A program made the position numbers and the translations under genes. From Eledone cirrhosa (lineage: Eukaryota), in assembly GCA_964016885.1 (NCBI GenBank), contig OZ024743.1:57102001-57166000 (forward strand): a stretch of DNA of 64,000 nucleotides, in the 5' to 3' direction. This document shows positions 48,531 to 62,190 of this stretch, piece by piece. How positions within the stretch are numbered: the first letter of the stretch is position 1; each line of letters opens with the position of its first letter. The notes below the pieces were generated by a model that was not told where the DNA came from, made no database searches, and saw only the letters and a program-made list of their open reading frames with translations.

Positions 48531-49692
48531 TTAGCAGTCATCCATACATGCACATCTCTCCTCACTATACCACTGATGATGTCCAACGGCAAGAAAATAA
48601 CCGATACAGTCTGGCACCCATGTCACTGCAACTCTTTGCTGAGTTAACTGGAGCAACGCCAAATGATGGGGCTTTATCATTTGACCAAAACTCGCTGCCG
48701 GGAATCGAACACACACCCTTAAGTACATGAGCCGAAAGCTCTAACTATAAAGCCATGCACTTTCATAATAATAATTATTTAATTCATTTATTTTTTCACC
48801 CCAAACCAAATATACCTGTAAAGGAAACTGCTGCCAGGTGTGAACATGGTCTATTTTCGGAATCCCTACAAAAATAAAAGGGGTTAGGGATGCCTCAGTA
48901 AACCCTTTTACAAGGGTTCTACCATCCCTCCTAACCGCTTTTTACCAGAATTCTACCAACCCACTCCTGTCTTTCCCCTCGCCATCACATTTTCAGTGTT
49001 GATTTTCAGATTACACGGAGTCTATCGTGCATGACTACACACATAGACAAACATAAGAATATAGAAAATCCCACACGTGTATACTCATACACATATGCGT
49101 ATACTCGTATACACACCGGCCCAAGCACACACATATGCACACATACTAACAGATAAACATACGCACATTGACAGGCGCAGACACACAGAAGCACATACAT
49201 ACAAAGGCACACGTGTAACTACATCCAAGCAGACACACCTCATCACCCCTCATAGACTGACACACGCACATGCACACACATACATAGACACGCGTGCATA
49301 TACATTCAAGCATATATACATACACTTCATCTCCCACACATAGATAATTATACACTGACACACACACACACACACGTGCATATACATTCAACCATACCTC
49401 TACACACCGCATCTCCCTCACACAGACAATCATACACTGACACATACATACAGAGTAACACACATACACTATTATATTGTTCTCGTATGGCTGAGTAGAT
49501 AGGTGAGGTGAAATGTTAAAGACAATGATTAGCCAAGCTTGTGTTCAGTGTCGAATATTCAAGGCACTCTCTCGCATTTACAAAGACTATTTTACATGGA
49601 AAATTTAACATTTATCATTTAACATGGACGGAATTTGACTCGTATTCTATGGAAACCTTTACAACTATAAATTTAGTTTAGACGGCTTTATA

Positions 49693-49806
<114 letters not shown>

Positions 49807-49809
49807 AAT

Positions 49810-49986
49810 ATCATGATTAATATAGAAATGGCTTCTACATGTCTAGAACAGTTTCATTCAAAAGAAATTATGAATAAACAGTTCTAGTCTTATAGAAGCC
49901 ATCTCTATGTTAAACATGATGCTTACGCACTCCTAATGCGCTGAGTGCCTTACTAACTGTGGTTACCCCCGATTGAAGCGGGAACT
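49810..49986. repeat. Imperfect 111-bp hairpin plus 66-bp tail between (CA)n and (TA)n
   Basis: ATCATGATTAATATAGAAATGGCTTCTA... pairs with ...TAGAAGCCATCTCTATGTTAAACATGAT (49810-49920). Confidence 0.75.
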
Positions 49987-50373
49987 TATATATATATACA
50001 CACACATATATATATATATATATTGGTTGTCTGCTCAATACAAAACTCGTCCACATCAGTGTACATGATGCTCAGTTCTGGCATGAGATCTTATGTGGCT
50101 TTTTCGACAAGACATACTTTTAAAATGCCGTCCACATAAATTGTATATTAGTTTTGGAGCAGTTTGGACTGCCTGTGTGTCTTGATGGACTTTGAAATGT
50201 CTCTTTAGACCTCTTAGAGATTTGAAGATCTTGTGGCATATGTGACATTAATAAGAGTGAACTGGTTTGTATGTTCTATAGTCAGCAGGGAGTGCCTTAT
50301 GTGAAATTGATCCAACATCTGACGGGTAGATTCATTCTTCCACAAATTGTACACACGCGCACACATATATGGA

Positions 50374-50444
<71 letters not shown>

Positions 50445-50591
50445 ATACTTTGGGAGGGTCATGTTGCCAATAAGAAACACACGCACCAGTTGTTTCACTC
50501 CAATTTATTATAAATTAAATTTATAAATTTAAGAATTTATAAATTTCCGGTTGGTTGGTTGGTTCCATAACCGAACGGTTGTTCATATATT

Positions 50592-50634
50592 GTCAAAGTT
50601 CTTTCGTCACACATTCTGTGCCTTCTTCAGTGAC
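50592..50634 (-). ncRNA. Minimal type I hammerhead motif of the second PLE
   Basis: GTCA-CTGAAGA-(AG GCACA GAA TGTGT GAC)-GAAAGAACTT-TGAC. Confidence 0.6.
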
Positions 50635-50829
50635 TGGGGATTCTTTTCTTTGTTTTTGTGCCTCTCCTTTGTTCTGTCCTACGCCATCTTGTTTTTGTGT
50701 GTGTTGTGTGCTTAGTTTGCGCATGTGTTACATCCGGGTGTCTGTGTGTGTTTATATTTGTTTATTTATTTGTTTATTTACATGTTACTGGTTGATTGTT
50801 TGTTCTATGTGTGTGTTTTCATTTTGTCC

Positions 50830-51500
50830 TTAATTGTAAGTTGTGTTGTTGCTATTCCATTCATGTTTTCTATTTAATTTTGATTGGAGTTCATTTATGT
50901 TTATTGCCTCTGTGATTTGTCTAAACATTGCGTCTTTTCTGTGTGTAGATTCTATTTTTATTTCTATGTTCTCTAATTTACCCTTATGTTCTATTTTAGC
51001 ATGTTGGTGGAGTACAGATGATTTTTTCTATCTTGAAGCTCTCGCCAGTGTTCATTCATCCGTTCTCCTATACTACGAGCTGTCTCACCTATGTACACTA
51101 TATTCTTATCTCTACATTGTCCTTCAGTACATCTTATGCTATATACTACATTTCTAGTTTTACAGTTAATATGGGGCTTAGTTTACAGATTATACATTTC
51201 TTATCTATACAGGGAGGTCTTAGAAAATGGTATGTATTGCTACTAAGTGTTTTTATGGAGGTACCTGGTCTTTCTACTATCTTAATATTGAGTTTATGTT
51301 TATCTAGGGCCCTTCTAAATTTGTAAGCTAATTCACCTCTAGGGGTTGTATTGATGAAACATTACACTCTGGTATTTATTGCTATCATACCATGAGTTTA
51401 TTCTATTAACCTTATTCCTAGTTCTTTCTATTCTATTCCAAAATTTGCTCCTATACGAGGGGCAGGTCCCATTTGTATCATTATTTATCATTTTTTCCCC
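50830..51500 (-). pseudogene. Frameshifted PLE linker plus GIY-YIG endonuclease
   Basis: Manual translation: KYQSVMF...IKIVERPGTSIK...CIDKKCIIC...NCKTRNVVYSIRC...C...VYIGETARSIGERMNEH...SVLHQH...EH...RQITEAINI...LNRKHEW. Confidence 0.85.
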
Positions 51501-51673
51501 TTTTGGTTCTGGCTCCTCTATACAACCAACCAACCGGAAATTTATAATAAATTGGAGTGAAAGCAACTGGTGCGTGTGTTTCTTATTGGCAACATGACCC
51601 CCCCAAAGCATAACAATATCGGTTTCAACACACGTTTTCAGATAAAGAATCTTGCAAAACAAATTCAGAAACG

Positions 51674-51719
<46 letters not shown>

Positions 51720-51732
51720 CGTTTCTGAATTT

Positions 51733-51768
<36 letters not shown>

Positions 51769-52305
51769 ACAGAAATATATACATATATATATATGGAAAC
51801 AAATATATATATATATATTCTCTTTGCTTAAATGATTAATTAATTAATTAATTAAAAGTCTGGCGCTTACGCCTCAATAATCAATTCAAGTGAAAGCAGT
51901 ATTAAGCACTGAACGTCCGTGTTTATAGGCTGCTACATCACGGAGTATTGACATATGACAAAATAGCATCCTCCCATCGTAATCACAAACACACACATAT
52001 ATATATATATCCAATCCAAGACCTTCTCGCTCCTGTTGGAAGAAACCCTCCATAGTTGATCTCCACCGCTTTCTGTTTGCTTTTGGTCATGTCAGGGGTG
52101 TAGCCGAATCACCACGCTTGGCCAATTGCATGTTGATGAGGGTCTTTTAACCTATAGTTGGGTTGGATGGCCGTTCACTCTGAAGTTTATCTGCCCTTAT
52201 AACAGATCTTGTTTTTTGTGTTATTGGGGTTTCATTTACACTCCTCAACAGATCAGGGTCTGATGGTGGAGCCGGTTGATTCGCTGACCACTCGACAGGG
52301 TACTA

Positions 52306-52338
<33 letters not shown>

Positions 52339-52345
<7 letters not shown>

Positions 52346-52566
52346 CATGTTCATACACGGACCCAAGATTACATGGCCCAATATCCACCACACCTCCAGA
52401 ACACAGGAGGCATCAACATTGTGACCTATCTTCAGACATAATAAGCCTGTATAAGTGCCTGAAGATAGATCACAATTTTGATGCCTCTTGTGTTCTGAAG
52501 TTGTGGTCAATATTGGGCCTTGAAACCTTCGATAGTGCTTTTGTCCGTGTGTGAACATGGATAAAT
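52339..52566. repeat. 228-bp imperfect palindrome next to (TA)n
   Basis: TTATTCATGTTCATACACGGAC pairs with GTCCGTGTGTGAACATGGATAA; inner blocks pair through to a loop near 52447. Confidence 0.8.
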
Positions 52567-52862
52567 AATATAATATTTCCGCTCTCTTCCCGATTGAGCT
52601 GTTTTCCTTTTTCCACCTACACCTATTGCCACACACACACACACATATATATATAGTTCAAAAACCTTTTTCGCAATCCGAAGTCTGGGTAATCAGCTGT
52701 AGTGATCTGTGGCTGGTTACGATGTTTGAAAGTCGCAGTCCAAAGGTGCCAGGTCCGAATTACAAGAAGTGCCACGTAAGCGTGGATAATATATTAAAAA
52801 TAAAGGCAAAAAAATGAATATTATTAGGTTCACGCTTGGATGAAAGGTAGAGAAAAAGGTGT

Positions 52863-52894
52863 TCAACTTATCGGACTTTAGCCCTTCATCATGA
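52863..52894 (-). ncRNA. Degenerate hammerhead motif related to 5008-5040
   Basis: ATGATGA-A-GGGC-TAAA-GTCC-GATAAGTTGA with a similar upstream CTTATACTCT context. Confidence 0.4.
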
Positions 52895-53098
52895 GAGTAT
52901 AAGAGGAAAGATAGTAAAAAAGAAAATAATTTATTTAGAAACAAAATATAAATTAGAAAAGGGAGACAAGTGAGTGAGTGTTGTTAAATTTATGTATCAC
53001 CGCATAATATATATGTGATATATAAGCGAAACTTATTAAGAATGAAGTAAAATTTAAATTTGAAACAGAATTTATTTATTATTATTATGACACACACG

Positions 53099-53400
53099 GG
53101 CGGTGGATTGGCAGTATCGATAGAGGGTCGGACGCCATACTTTGCAGCAAAGAGTTACGGCCCTTTATGGTCTGAGTTCAAATCCCGCCGAGGTTAATTT
53201 TGCCTTTCATCCTTACGGGGTCGATAACATAAAGTACCAGTAATACACTGGAATAATTGCTGACCTTGTGCCAAAAGTAGAAACAATTATTATGACACAC
53301 CTTGGTCGATAAAATAAAGTGGCAGTAACGTACTGGGGTCGATTTAATCGACTTTCCCCATCCTCCAAATTGTTGGCCTTGTGCCTAAATCAGAAATCAT
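53099..53400 (+). mobile_element. SINE family A copy followed by a second 3' part
   Basis: Full head-to-tail match to 10095-10286, then a further GTCGATAAAATAAAG...CCTTGTGCC tail. Confidence 0.9.
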
Positions 53401-55899
53401 TAATATGACACATCTTGTTCATGGACCTCCGTCGGTTTCGTCGATTAATGTTCCACTTGTTCGATCGGCGGAAGAATCTGTTCGTAAAATTAACTTGCTA
53501 GTGGCTGAGCATCCATAGACACGTGCATCCTTTATGTCAATATGAAGGAAATTTAGCGTGTGTAACAAGACTGAGCCTTTGAATTACAGGTACAGTCCAT
53601 CCGACGGGTTTCCAAACTGGTTTTGACAACCCAAATCTTCTCATAAGGCTTGGGTCGGCCTGAATCTATAGTAAAGGACACTTGCTCAAGATGCCATGAG
53701 GTCAGTTTGAAGCGGGACATTATGATTACAAAGTTACGTTTTCAATCATTGGGTCATGCTACGACTGCGATTATAGAGGAAATATAAGCAAAATTGAATT
53801 AATTATAAGTCAAATTGAATTAATTGAGTAAAAATAATTAAGGAAAATAAATATGTTTCTTACCTATTAAGTTTCTTTACAAAAAGAAGAAAAGAGAATA
53901 TTTATCTCTCCTGCAACACATTGCCAATGAGAAGTGATTACACTTTGAAGAAAAAATCGAGGCCAATGAAAGGTGACTTAAAATTGAAGAAAAATATTGA
54001 AGCCAAAACGAGAAGTGAATTCTCTCAATAATCTGTGCCGAAGGCTACAGATGGAGTTTCTTTGAGATCGCGTTCGTAAAAAACTCAACACAGAAAGACT
54101 CTCTGAAGAAAACAAAATGCACACGGAGATATGGCAAAGATAGAGATATGTTTTATACTTACAAAAAGGATTAGTTACGAGAAATGCGGCAAAGATGGGA
54201 TATGTTCTGTATTCACAAAAGAGATGATTTACCAGAGATATATGATTCCTGTAGATAAGATACCACATTGTGCTAACAAAAACCAATATTTACATGTAAA
54301 ACTTTTACTTTCTGTTAACGTTTTTTGAAAACATTTTCTATTCGTTAAATATTTACCACAAAGTAATGAAGCTCTTTCCAGTTACACAGTTACAATGGAT
54401 TCTTTAAAAATATTTTTAACTCTTAAAAAACAACAACAAAATAACTAATGAATTCTTTCTTAATTTTCTTCACTAACTATTTAGGATTTTTATCTATCTA
54501 CTTAATCTGTAATTCACATTGTGCCTGTAATTAATAATCTATTTATTTGAAGAGAAGACGAAATCTTTAGAACAGAAGCTGTCTGTGATTATAGAAGAAA
54601 TACAAACTAAATTAAATTAACTACATAAAATATGGAAAATAAATATCAATTTCTTAACTGTTCATTAAAAGAAAAAAACCCCCCAGTAATTCAACTAGTA
54701 TTGTCCCCCCCCCCTTGCCAATGAGAAATGACTTTACATTCAAGTAAAATGATTTCTTGGACAAAGTATTTAGATTAGAGAATAATGCTTCCCACTCGTC
54801 ACCAAGCTCCTTTCCTTTCGTTTGAAAAAAAGAAATCCTATCGTCGAAATACCATGAAGTGTAAAGTATTGTCTCGTTTTGTTTTTCTTCCTTTTCACTT
54901 GTTTTTACTCTTGCATTTGTAATTTGTTTTGTACCGGTTTCCCCATAACCCCATGTCTCACAATACTTCATCTCTCATATTGCTTCATGTAAACCATATT
55001 GCCTTATTCTATAATTATTTCATCATCAACGTCACATTCTAATCGCTTTCTTTTGAAAAAACGGTTCCAGCCCCAGTGTATGAAATATGAAGTTAAAGTG
55101 TACATTTTTTACTATATTTTTATGGAGGCGAATTGGCAGACTGGTTAGGGTGTTTGTTTTATCCTTCCGTGCTCAGCTTTGCCATTCCTTTTGGGGCCAA
55201 AAATAAAATATCAGTCCAATATTGTGTTCCAACCTACAGAGGGACGGGCCCCATCAGGCTTTAAAAATGCTGAATGTATCAGGACGGCGCTTCTACGACT
55301 TCATTAAAAGTTAAAGGTCTTTATCTTACTCTAATTTTCGCTCTTGTAATTTTTAATTTACATTGTGCTGGCTTTCCCTATACAACTATAACCTCATATA
55401 ATCCTGTATCTTAAATCTGATCCCAAGAATCTACAGACTACAGCAACTAACGACATATTACTGTTCTATAGCTGCTATGTTACAATATATAATTTAATTG
55501 TTGAAACTGATTCGCAACACATTACAGAAAACACGCGAAACTTCATTGCAACGAGAAGGTTTTTTCCTAACCGGCCGTTAAACTTGCTAGACATAGCAAT
55601 TAAATCGTATTGAAAACATCCTTGTCTTCTAAAATGGACACATTGTATAATGTAGTCTTAGATAAACTGTCTGAAAAAAATATGCGATGGTAAGGACTGG
55701 AAAACTTTTGATCATAGGTCTGCTGGATAAGGGCTAATCTTGGAATAAACAATAGAGAGAACACCAAAAGAAACACTTGTGAGTTGGGTGTAAACATATT
55801 ACCATGAGGAGCTGCATATTCAAGCCCTCCATCAGTATCAAAGGATTAGACATATTATTTAACAATATCACTAACATTCATAGGCCATAATGCGTTACT

Positions 55900-56073
55900 G
55901 GCATTTTATTTTATCGCACCAGTAAGAATGAAAGTCAAAGCTAACCTCTTGGGGATTTGAATTCAGAACATAAAGAGTCGTAACTACATGCCACAAAGCA
56001 TGTTGCTCGATGCACTAAGGATTCCGCTCGCTTCCCGATTGAGCTGTTTTCCTTTTTCCACCTACGGATATTG

Positions 56074-56140
<67 letters not shown>

Positions 56141-56283
56141 GTTCAAAAACCTTTTTTGCAATCCGAAGTCTGGGTAATCAGCTGTAGTGATCTGTGGATG
56201 AAAGGATGAAAGGCAAAGTTAACCTCGGCGGGATTTGAACTCAGACCATAAAGGGCCGTAAATCTTTGCTGCTAATCCACCAT
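55900..56283 (-). mobile_element. Two SINE family A fragments flanking a duplicated segment
   Basis: Family A matches at about 55900-56020 and 56198-56283. Confidence 0.7.
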
Positions 56284-58139
56284 TGAATAATAATAATAAT
56301 AGTAAATGTAATTTTATAATCACCATGTCGACGAATTATCAGAGTCGTTAGAGAGCCGGGATTGGTTCTGGATCTCTGCCGTCCGAGATTAGATCTGAGA
56401 GCAACTTTGTTGTTAGTTTTTTCAGGGTCGATAAATAAAGTATCAACCCTGGTGCAATGGAAGAGTAGAATTGTTAAGGAGCCGAACAGATTGCTTTTCA
56501 GTATCTGATCCGACATTGTGTGTTCTGAGTTCAAATTTGTCTCTTCCACTACCCCTGCTGCTAGAATTTGTGACCGGCTGATAGCAATGGAAAGAACAAA
56601 GGGAACAAAGTTTGCTTTGTTCGATCTGACGATTAGCTCATTTCCTTGTAGTTGGCAAATTGGCAAAGTCAGAGCTTCGGATTAAATGTCTTAGTATTTA
56701 TTCCGCCTTTCCGCGCCTCGAGTTCAAATCCCAGCGGGGTCAACATCACCGTTTGTCATTTGGGGGATCGGTAAAGTATCGATCCAGTAGCAGTGGATTA
56801 TTGGAATTAAAGAGTCGGACAGTATCCTATTCAACTCGTATTCTGCCAGGAGTTTCATCCGACAAATTGTATAAAAGACCAATGGAAATATTGTTTGGAA
56901 AGACCAATGGAAATATTGTTTACTTGGTCCGATCTGACAATCCCGTCTTTTCTCCTTTCCTTTTATGTTTATTTTTCCACCAAAAAATGTCTATCAGTTG
57001 AGTATAACAGTCACTTTTTATACAGCATGCTTTTAGTATTTTAACCTTAGCGGAGTCCACCGTTTTACAGACGCCCCCCTCTCCTTTTTCTTCTTCTTGA
57101 GAGAGAGAGAGAAGCGACCTCAGCATTGGAATGTTACTTTTTTATCGACCTCAAAAGAATGAAAAGCAAGGTTGGCCTAAGCAGGATTCGAATTCAGAGC
57201 TCTAATCAGAGAACCAGAATGAATACTCCTAAGCACTCTATCCTATGATTTAAACACTTGCCAATTCTCCGCCTGTGAACTATTGAAACATTTTCCCCTT
57301 AGTCTGATCTGGCGATCAGCTTTTTTCCTTTTCCCTTTTTCTGTTTCTTTCTCCATTAACCAATCTCTATAAAATCTGTATTACATTCAATCTTTTACAA
57401 TTTGACAATGTAAATTCGAAACTGTGGGTATGTGTGCTATCTGGACATTAATACACAAAATACCAATAGCTGATTGCACTTTACACTTGACTTTTTTCTT
57501 TCTGGATAATTGATATTATTCGATGAATATAAAGTCAACAAATTAAAACTGAAACAAAACCAACCCAAAAGAACGTTTGTATTAACACAATTAGAAGCCA
57601 AGACACGAAAAGGGTTTTTTTTTCCTCAGAGGAAAAAATCCTCTCATTACATCAAATATATTATTAATTCAATAAAATTCTTTTATTCATAACAATTGTT
57701 ATAAAGTCTGTTTTTGTTTTATGCATAATTTATAGTTAATTGAATTTGATATTTGATGAGTGCTACTGCTGCTGTTGCCAAGACCGCTACAAATGGGCGG
57801 TTATTAGCTTCTATGTTTCTAATCTAAATTCAGTTTTAGTTATTTTATTATTTTTAAAATTTAGATAAATATGTATGAAACATTTCATGTCTAAATTTCA
57901 ATAAAAATACAATTGAATTAGAATGAAATATTAGGTTATAAATTATGTCTGTTTTACTGATTAGATTAGCTGAATATAGGACAACTATCCTAGCAAACAG
58001 GAAATGGAATAATAGAAAGGTTTTGTTATGACGGTCAATTGTATATTCTTGACAACTGTCACTGGAGGGCAGCAGGTGTGATGGTAATTTAGAAGTGACA
58101 TATTGTGAGACATATCAGCATATTATGCTTTTAAAGTGG

Positions 58140-58520
58140 TTTGATTGGTAGTATAGGTAGAACACCGGATACTATGCTTGGCGGAATAGAATTACGGCCC
58201 TTTACCTTCTGATTTCAAATCCCGTCGAGGTTAGCTTTGCCTTTCATCTTTACGGGGTCGATGAAAAAAAGCACCAGTCACGCACTGGGGTTGATTTAAT
58301 CGACTTTCACCTGTCCCAAATTGCTGGCCTTGTGCCTATAGTAGAAATGATTATTAGTGGTAGATTGACAAAATCGGTAGAGCTTCGGACACATTCTTTG
58401 CGGAATTTGTTCGGAATCTTTACATTCTGAGTTCTAATCCGGCCAATATTAACATTACTTTTCATCCTTCCAAGATCGATAATCGACTTTCCTTTCTGTA
58501 CAAATTAATGTTCTTATGCC
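58140..58520 (+). mobile_element. Two tandem SINE family A copies
   Basis: Repeated TTCAAATCC...CTTTCATC...GTCGAT...CCTTGTGCC pattern. Confidence 0.8.
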
Positions 58521-58554
58521 TTAATTAAAAACCTTTATTAGTGATACGTAAAGA

Positions 58555-58810
58555 CGAGTGGCATACTAGTTAGGAGGTTAGATTCACAATCGCAAGGTCA
58601 TGAGTTCGATATTCGAGTGTGTTTTGTCCTTGAGCAAGACACTTTATTATATAATTGCTCCAGTCTAATCAGGTGGAAAAAGTGAGTTGTACTTGTAATT
58701 CAAAGAGCCAGTCTTGTCACATTGCGTCATGCTGAATTTCCCTGGAAACCACGCTAAGGATACACGTGTCAGGAATACACAACCATTTGAACGTTAATTC
58801 TGTAGGCAGG
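58555..58810 (+). mobile_element. SINE family B copy
   Basis: TGTCCTTGAGCAAGACACTTTA core and family B tail. Confidence 0.8.
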
Positions 58811-59239
58811 AGGTTACACACACACACACACACTCTTGCGATGTTATATTCCAGAACATTTTAACCCTGCTTATTTTTATAATATCTCCCATAACTCTAT
58901 AAAAACCGCACACAAAAAAGAATGCTGTTATGGTTTCTAAAGTATTTTGAGGTCCGAAGCCATTAGAATGGATACTCAGAAAACTGTCCAAACAACAAGT
59001 ACGTGCGCAGGCTTGGCAGTCTGTTAACCTTTCTAGATCTGTATGGAGACGCCGTGTCTCGAAGCGAGTGAATAGAAAAAATCCGCTTAGCTTATATCAC
59101 TTTCACCCTAATCATCATTATAACACAAAGAAAGAAGTGGTGGCGGTGGTGGATTGGTAGTTGTTAGAACGTAGGACAAAATGCTCTACAGCATTGGTTC
59201 CCACTCTGTATCTTTCATCTTTCTGAGGTCGATAAAATA

Positions 59240-59412
59240 TAATTGTTTCTACTTTAGGCACAAGGCCAGCAATTATCCCAGCGCATTACTGGTACTTTAT
59301 TTTATCGACCCCGTAAGGATGAAAGGCAAAGTTAACCTCGGCGGGATTTGAACTCAGAATGGCAAGGGCCGTAACTCTATGCATCAAAGCATGGTGTCCG
59401 ACCCTCTACCGA
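59240..59412 (-). mobile_element. SINE family A copy inserted into an older plus-strand copy
   Basis: Close match to 9794-9978; the plus-strand head starts at 59143. Confidence 0.85.
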
Positions 59413-60391
59413 TAATATAATACCAATGACCTAGTGCTGAAGGTGTTGGACTTACGATTATGATATTGTGGGTTCGATTCCTGGACTGATTTCTGTGTTG
59501 TTTCTTAAGTAAAATACTTCATTTTACGTTGCTCCAGTACACTCAACTGAAAAATAAGTACCAGCAATAGCTGGGGGGTTTAACCCTGCGATGGATAAGC
59601 GTCCTGTACAGAGAGGAGTTTTGTACTCTCAGTCGCCTCACGCCACGGAAACCGAGATAAACACCAACCTGATGAACCTCTGGGCTCGAGACAACTTTGG
59701 AGATGTACTAGTGTCGATATAATCGACTTTCATCTCCTTTTTTATTACTGGTCTTCTGCCTAATTTAGAAATTATGATTATAGGCCTGGGAAAGATGTTT
59801 GGTTCACGATCCTTAGGTCCTGGGTTCGATTCCTGACGGTGTGTTGTCCTTGAGCAAGTCACTTTAATTTATTTTTGCTCTAATCCATTCAGTTGACAAA
59901 AAAATGAGATGTACATGTAATTCAAAGAGAGCCAACATTGTTACATACTGTGTTCAAATCTGTTGACAACTGACTATAGAAACCATAAGTGAATAACTAT
60001 CGATTTAATTATTAATCAATTCGGCAATAATACAGATCTCATTTTATCGGAACATTTGTCAGCATTGTTCACAGACTATAATCCAACCTAACTCGTTCCA
60101 CAATTTGTCTTGACACGTTTGCAGACATTAAATATGTAACTGACTATCTGTGATTTGATCAAATCATTGCTTAGTGGATGTGCAAATGAAAGGAATATTG
60201 CTACTTGTCAAATGAATCCGACTAGACTTTCATGTCAATTATTGTAATTCCACGCTTTTCTAGGCCATGATTAATTAGTAGCTAAAATTAGCCCATCAAC
60301 TTCCTCCCTCCTTACTTCATCGAAGTGATGGTACTAACAAGCTTTCCAAACTTCATATTCCTTAAATAATCAACTTCGTATACCTACATGA

Positions 60392-60914
60392 AGGCGTGTG
60401 GCTTTGTGGTTAAGGTATTCGGCTCACAATTGCAACATCGTGAGTTAGATTCCCGGTGGCGCGTTGTGTCCTTGAGCAAGACACTTTATTTCACGTTGCT
60501 CCAATCCACTTAGCTGGCAAAAATGAGTTGTACCTGTAATTCGAAGTGCAAACATTGTCATGTTCGATGTCATACCGAATCTCTCAGAGAACTACATCAA
60601 AGGAATGCTCAGCCACTTGCACATTAATTTCCCGAGCAGGCCGTTCCGTTGATTGGATCAATTGGAACATTCGTCATTGTAACCGATGGAGTGCCAGTCT
60701 AACCCATACCTTCATTACAACTGGTTGAATGCGGCGTGGCGATCATAATGTCATGAGTTCGATTTTTGGTGGCGCGTTGTATGTTTGTGTAAGACACTAT
60801 ATTTCACGTTGCTTCGCTCCACTCAGCTGGAAATGAGCTGTACCTGTAATTTAAAGGGCCAGCTCTGTTATTGTGTCAAGCCGAATTTCCTTGAAAACTA
60901 TGTTTTAAGACTAC

Positions 60915-60969
<55 letters not shown>

Positions 60970-61040
60970 CTGGAATGCTCAGCTGCTTACATGTTAATTT
61001 CATGAGCAGGCAATTCCGTTGATCAGACATCTAGAACACC
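60392..61040 (+). mobile_element. Two tandem SINE family B copies, the second with an internal (GT)n expansion
   Basis: GGCGTGTGGCTTTGTGGTTAAGG head, CORE-like block and tail; (GT)n at about 60917-60968. Confidence 0.85.
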
Positions 61041-61046
61041 AGATAG

Positions 61047-61110
<64 letters not shown>

Positions 61111-61420
61111 TCTCACGTACTTTCGTTATCTTTCAAACACTTTGAAAATTGAAACATTCATGACTTTGACTGAATAAGTTCAGTAGAAATAATTCTGTAT
61201 AAGTAATTAGATTTTATGGTTGTCACGGAAGATAGAGTTTCTATTGAAAACGGTGGTTTCATTTTAGTTAGAATTCTTTAAATAATTGAAAGTAGCGTTT
61301 GAATTGGTATTTGTTTGTGTGGGCGAGTTTCATCACCTAATCTTCTGTTTTACGTCCCCTTAATGATGTCATGTAAGAACATGTGAGGAAATGAGAGATG
61401 GGTAGATGCGGTGAGATAAA

Positions 61421-61616
61421 TACAAGGGTTTGCTGAAAAGTAACTAGCTTTAAAAAGCTATAGAGGCCTAGTTGGAGGCCTAACCTTCCGAGATCTTTTT
61501 ACAGGGCTTAGAAAAACTGAACAACCACTGTTGTGTGAATCTGGAATGGGAATATGTTGAATGAATTCCTGCATTTTTTTTACCTAAAGCCTGGAGCTTT
61601 TCAGCACCCCCTCGTA
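61421..61616 (+). mobile_element. Non-autonomous mariner (MITE) with TA target duplication
   Basis: Imperfect TIRs TACAAGGGTTTGCTGAAAAG...GCTTTA / TAAAGC...CTTTTCAGCACCCCCTCGTA; the interior keeps a transposase C-terminus remnant (GLEKL...CVNLEWEYVE*). Confidence 0.8.
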
Positions 61617-61709
61617 TGTAGTAGGAGAAGTATACTATGGGAGTGAGAAAGAGAAGTATAGTAAACGTAAAAGAAAGTGAAAGAGAAATACAGTAAATGT
61701 GAGAAACTG

Positions 61710-61752
61710 AGATAGATAGATAGATAGATTTCTTTATTAGCCACAAGGGCGC

Positions 61753-61785
<33 letters not shown>

Positions 61786-61826
61786 GCAGAATGAGATAGA
61801 TAGAAAGCAAGAGCGAGCGAGAGAGA

Positions 61827-61904
<78 letters not shown>

Positions 61905-61956
61905 TGGAGAAGAATAAGAGAGAGCGAGAGAGCGGAAGAGCGTGGAAAGGAATAAG

Positions 61957-62025
<69 letters not shown>

Positions 62026-62120
62026 CGCACACACACACACACACACACGCGCACACACACACCCACACCCACACACACACACACACACACACCCACAGAC
62101 ACACACACACACACACACAA
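61710..62120. repeat. Compound (GATA)n, (GA)n, (CA)n microsatellite
   Basis: Read directly from the sequence. Confidence 0.95.
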
Positions 62121-62190
62121 TAATATTAATAAGGAGCAGGAACGTAGTATCAATATAACATCACTGTGTTTATTCACACATACGAGAACC

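Larger units (their letters stand above)
50437..51676 (-). mobile_element. Second 5'-truncated Penelope-like element with inverted arms, flanked by (TA)n
   Basis: Inverted arms 50437-50561 and 51523-51619; GIY-YIG pseudogene in the core; hammerhead in the 3' UTR. Confidence 0.85.

Noticed and set aside
53880-55000. ORFs of about 100 aa in unique AT-rich sequence
   Set aside because: No recognisable domain or clear splice structure; small host exons cannot be excluded without RNA data
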